A DNA stretch of 32,000 bases from Collibacillus ludicampi (lineage in GTDB: Bacteria; Bacillota; Bacilli; Tumebacillales; BOQE01), in the NCBI RefSeq assembly GCF_023705585.1, contig NZ_BOQE01000001.1:337642-369641 (forward strand), read 5' to 3'. Each line of letters begins with the position of its first letter. Position 1 is the stretch's first letter. Positions 29,261-32,000 of the stretch are shown piece by piece. The translations under genes and the position numbers were made by a program. Under the pieces are notes generated by a model that worked only from the letters and a program-made list of their open reading frames with translations, made no database searches and had not been told where the DNA came from.

Positions 29261-30498
29261 CATGACACCTCTTCCGGACAACCCCACAGCGCGAGTGCCT
29301 CTTCCAGCTCACGGCTCTCCGCTGCTGCCTCTTTGAATGGAATTCCTTTACAAGTTGCGTCGATGGCTGCTACAAAAGCACGTCCTCCCGCTGTCGCCCC
29401 TTGTGGATGACCATGGATTCCGCCTCCCGCGTTGACCACATGATCCACTCCAAAATCACGATATAACAAGGGTACCATCCCAGGATGAATCCCTGCTGAC
29501 GGAACCGGAAATGAGGTCTTCAACCCCTCTCGTTTGCCGCGAAGATGTGCAGCGATCTGGAGCGTCTCTTCTCTTTCCATAGCAACCGAACCATAAGGAG
29601 ACGGATAGAGAACGAAATCAGCGCCCGCGAGCCTCATCAGTTTTCCCAATAGAATAGGTGCAGAGATCCCGTAGCGGTCTGAAGCATAGAAAGCACCAGC
29701 CAGTGCGGGATGAGCGACCAGTGGGACTGTGATCTCCGGATCGGCCGCCAAACGATGCAAAACATCATAACCAAACGGTAGCACGTTGATGAGTAGAGCA
29801 TTGGCACCCGCCCGCACCGCCCGCTTGGCTTTCGTAAAAATCTCAGTGACAGGACCTGTTAAATTAGCCGCATAGAGAACTTTTTTCCCTGTTTCTCGCT
29901 CTGCATTCTCAGCCGCGCGCAGACACGCCTCGATCCGTTTCTCAAACGGTGCGTATGTTTCATCAAAGAGAATCTCATCGTCTTTCACCAGATCGACGCC
30001 ACCGGCCGCTTGCAAGTAAAACTGTTCAGCCATTGTTTTCAAATCATAACCGATACAAGACTTGAAAATCGACATGAGCAAGGGGCGATTGTACACACCG
30101 AGCAACTTCCTTATACCATCAATCCCGAATTTGGGACCGGGAAACTGTTTCACAAAGGCTTCAGGAAACGTCACGTCTACGAGACGAATCATCCCGTCCA
30201 TCGACAATTTGCCGAAGATCGTTGTAAGCAATGCCGGAATGTCAGGTGTCAGGTTGATCATCGGATAAGCAATCGTCAGTCGGGCCTTGATCCGTCCGTT
30301 CTCGTCCTTTCCCAATTCTTCAACCGAGACAACATGTCCGAGGTGTTTTTTCATCTCCTCTTTTTTCGTTTCCGGCAGTTCCGTCCATGTACCGACTGTC
30401 AATCCATGAGCGATACCCAAAGCTTTCTTATGGAGGTCTCCTCCCTTGCTATGTACAAGGTAGGTTGCCGTCACGAATTGGCTTGTATCTGTATGCAT
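29260..30498 (-). CDS. mtnW: 2,3-diketo-5-methylthiopentyl-1-phosphate enolase (RuBisCO-like protein)
   Basis: RuBisCO-like protein: [33 protein letters not shown]...[23 protein letters not shown]...[26 protein letters not shown]. Confidence 0.95.
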   Translation of the reverse strand: MHTDTSQFVTATYLVHSKGGDLHKKALGIAHGLTVGTWTELPETKKEEMKKHLGHVVSVEELGKDENGRIKARLTIAYPMINLTPDIPALLTTIFGKLSMDGMIRLVDVTFPEAFVKQFPGPKFGIDGIRKLLGVYNRPLLMSIFKSCIGYDLKTMAEQFYLQAAGGVDLVKDDEILFDETYAPFEKRIEACLRAAENAERETGKKVLYAANLTGPVTEIFTKAKRAVRAGANALLINVLPFGYDVLHRLAADPEITVPLVAHPALAGAFYASDRYGISAPILLGKLMRLAGADFVLYPSPYGSVAMEREETLQIAAHLRGKREGLKTSFPVPSAGIHPGMVPLLYRDFGVDHVVNAGGGIHGHPQGATAGGRAFVAAIDATCKGIPFKEAAAESRELEEALALWGCPEEVS

Positions 30499-30512
30499 GC
30501 CTTCACCTCAAA

Positions 30513-30768
30513 CTTGAAAAATTTCAGTTTGGCGGTCTTATGCTTTGCGTTCGCGCTCCGTGGAGGTCATTTCAGTGGGTATATGCTTTGCGTTCATGCT
30601 CCGAGAAGGTCGTTTCTCATGAAATTATAATTATATGTTGCGAAACGGCCTTCAAAGTCGCTATTACGCGCAATGCATATACCCCCATATCGTTCATAAG
30701 GTAGCGATGCGACCTCCAAAGTCGCTGTCTCTCGCAAAGCATTACGCCCTCCTAAAGACACAATCCAA
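30513..30768 (+). repeat. Structured interspersed repeat, copy D: one unit nested in another
   Basis: Outer unit arms GGCGGTCTTATGCTTTGCG...GGAGGTC (30562-30568) and GACCTCC (30711-30717)...CGCAAAGCATTACGCC. Inner unit arms GGGTATATGCTTTGCG...GAAGGTCGTTTC (30605-30616) and GAAACGGCCTTC (30642-30653)...CGCAATGCATATACCC. Confidence 0.85.
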
Positions 30769-30811
30769 TCTTGTGGTGGAGCCGTTTGCGGCTTGAATAT
30801 CAGTCAAGCAG

Positions 30812-30842
30812 TAAAGAAGCCTCTTCCTGAGAGGAAGAGGCC
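30812..30842 (-). terminator. Intrinsic terminator of the SAM riboswitch expression platform
   Basis: Minus strand GCCTCTTCCTCTCAGGAAGAGGC followed by TTCTTTAC. Confidence 0.85.
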
Positions 30843-30860
30843 GACTCACGATATGAGCAG

Positions 30861-30976
30861 CTCTTATCTCTCAGAATCCTGTGATTCTGCAGGAGTTAGC
30901 ACCGTGCATAAGCAGTCGCTCATGTCGGTTGCCGGGCTTCATCGGGCCAGTCCCTCAGCCTTCTCTTGATAAGAGG
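30861..30976 (-). promoter_or_regulatory. SAM-I (S-box) riboswitch
   Basis: Minus strand CTCTTATCAAGAGAAGGCTGAGGGACTGGCCCGATGAAGCCCGGCAACC...GCACGGTGCTAACTCCTGCAGAA...GAGATAAGAG; all S-box core motifs, closed by P1 pairing, upstream of mtnW. Confidence 0.97.
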
Positions 30977-31052
30977 CAAATTTGATTATTTTCATAAAGT
31001 TACTCAAAATATACTACGAAAAGTCACCAGCGTCAATACACTCAACCCAACC

Positions 31053-32000
31053 TCAAGCAAAAAGTTTCAATCGGTCCAGACGATCGACCGCTTCCTGCAA
31101 ACGCCCTTCCGGTGCCAAAAGTCCGACACGCACATATCCTTCCCCATGCGGCCCGAAGCCGATCCCGGGAGCGACCACTAGGTGCGCTTGTTCCAACAAA
31201 TAGTCAGCGAACTTCGCTGATGACCATCCTTCAGGAACGGGCAACCACGTGAAAAATGATCCTTTCGGTGCCTGGCAATCCCATCCGATTTCTCGCAATC
31301 CTTGAATCCATGTGTCTCGGCGGCGTTGGTAAATGGCGACCAATTCCCTGACACAGTCTTGCGGTCCCTCCAAGGCGGCGATCGCGGCACGCTGAATCGC
31401 AGCGAAAAGGCTCACATAGTAGTGATCCTGAATCAAATTGATCAGACGAATCACTTCTTGGTTTCCGAGCGCAAAACCTACACGCCATCCCGCCATATTG
31501 TAAGTTTTGGACAGGGTATAAAACTCCACCCCTACATCTTTGGCACCCGGCACCTGCAGAAAAGATACAGGCTTGAGGCCGTCAAAACCGATGGCCCCAT
31601 AAGCGAAATCGTGCGCCACAATGATCTCATGCTGTTCTGCGAACGCAACCGTCTCTTTAAAAAAAGATAAAGAGGCGACCGCAGCCGTCGGATTAGCTGG
31701 GTAATTTAAAAACATCAACTTGGCCCTTCGCAAATCTTCAGTACGCAAGCGGCTGTAATCGGGCAGAAACTCATTTTCCTCAAGAAGAGGCATCATTACC
31801 ATATCTGCGCCGGAAAGGGCCACGCCCGACCAATAATCGGGATACCCGGGATCGGGAACCAAACAAGCGTCCCCCCGATTTAAAAGACACTGGCTGATCT
31901 CTACGAGGCCTGTTTTGCCGCCAAAGAGGATCGCCACTTCCGTCTCCGGATCCAGATCGACATCATATTCTCTCTTATACCATCCAGCGATCGCCTCTTT
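31053..32000 (-). CDS. PLP-dependent aminotransferase (MtnE-like), truncated at window edge
   Basis: Frame stays open past the track's GTG at 31937 (EAIAGWYKREYDVDLDPETEVAILFGGKTG). NYPANPTAAVAS...VAHDFAYGAIGFDG...YTLSKTYNMAGWRVGFALGN. Confidence 0.88.
   Translation of the reverse strand, partial: KEAIAGWYKREYDVDLDPETEVAILFGGKTGLVEISQCLLNRGDACLVPDPGYPDYWSGVALSGADMVMMPLLEENEFLPDYSRLRTEDLRRAKLMFLNYPANPTAAVASLSFFKETVAFAEQHEIIVAHDFAYGAIGFDGLKPVSFLQVPGAKDVGVEFYTLSKTYNMAGWRVGFALGNQEVIRLINLIQDHYYVSLFAAIQRAAIAALEGPQDCVRELVAIYQRRRDTWIQGLREIGWDCQAPKGSFFTWLPVPEGWSSAKFADYLLEQAHLVVAPGIGFGPHGEGYVRVGLLAPEGRLQEAVDRLDRLKLFA

Noticed and set aside
30010-30704. Plus-strand ORFs 30010..30630 and 30387..30704, which look like proteins containing RSCSEKVVSHE-type segments
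   Set aside because: They run antisense over mtnW and through the structured repeat. Similar peptides (YALRLCSVKVVSH) at 3112..3294 arise from the same repeat, so I treat them as spurious translations of the element.
1-32000. CRISPR array, phage, defence island, transposase or secondary metabolite cluster
   Set aside because: No regularly spaced direct repeats, cas, integrase, transposase, phage structural, restriction or NRPS/PKS-like proteins in the track. The interspersed repeats are few, far apart and hairpin-forming, unlike CRISPR.

Overview
The window is a mostly ordinary, gene-dense chromosomal segment, inferred to be from a Bacillota/Bacillales-type organism. I saw no convincing phage, CRISPR, defence or biosynthetic cluster. 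Main content: a DMT/EmrE-like transporter end, M42 aminopeptidase, YunC-like protein, APH-like kinase, GT2 glycosyltransferase, DedA, MFS transporter, HD phosphohydrolase, HesB/IscA, Bcp peroxiredoxin, SDR, a large membrane AlkP-like protein coupled to a GT4, two LysM+3D cell-wall proteins, an Orn/Lys/Arg decarboxylase, YwhD, DapF, YtpR, an Spx/ArsC-like protein, a MalY/PatB aminotransferase, an FTR1 iron permease, a KDG/KDPG operon with LacI regulator, and an mtnW-X-B-D methionine-salvage operon with an MtnE-like aminotransferase. The non-coding layer is more interesting. I see two ydaO-type (c-di-AMP) riboswitches, both in front of LysM-3D genes, and a SAM-I riboswitch with terminator in front of mtnW. 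There is also a Fur box before FTR1 and a palindromic operator over the kdg promoter. A four-locus family of structured intergenic repeats (about 1.15, 3.09, 18.34 and 30.51 kb) has complex double-stem inverted-repeat structure and apparently nested copies, one of them sitting between the SAM riboswitch and mtnW. There is also a likely single-base frameshift at the start of the APH gene and a small FGGY-kinase-like relic.
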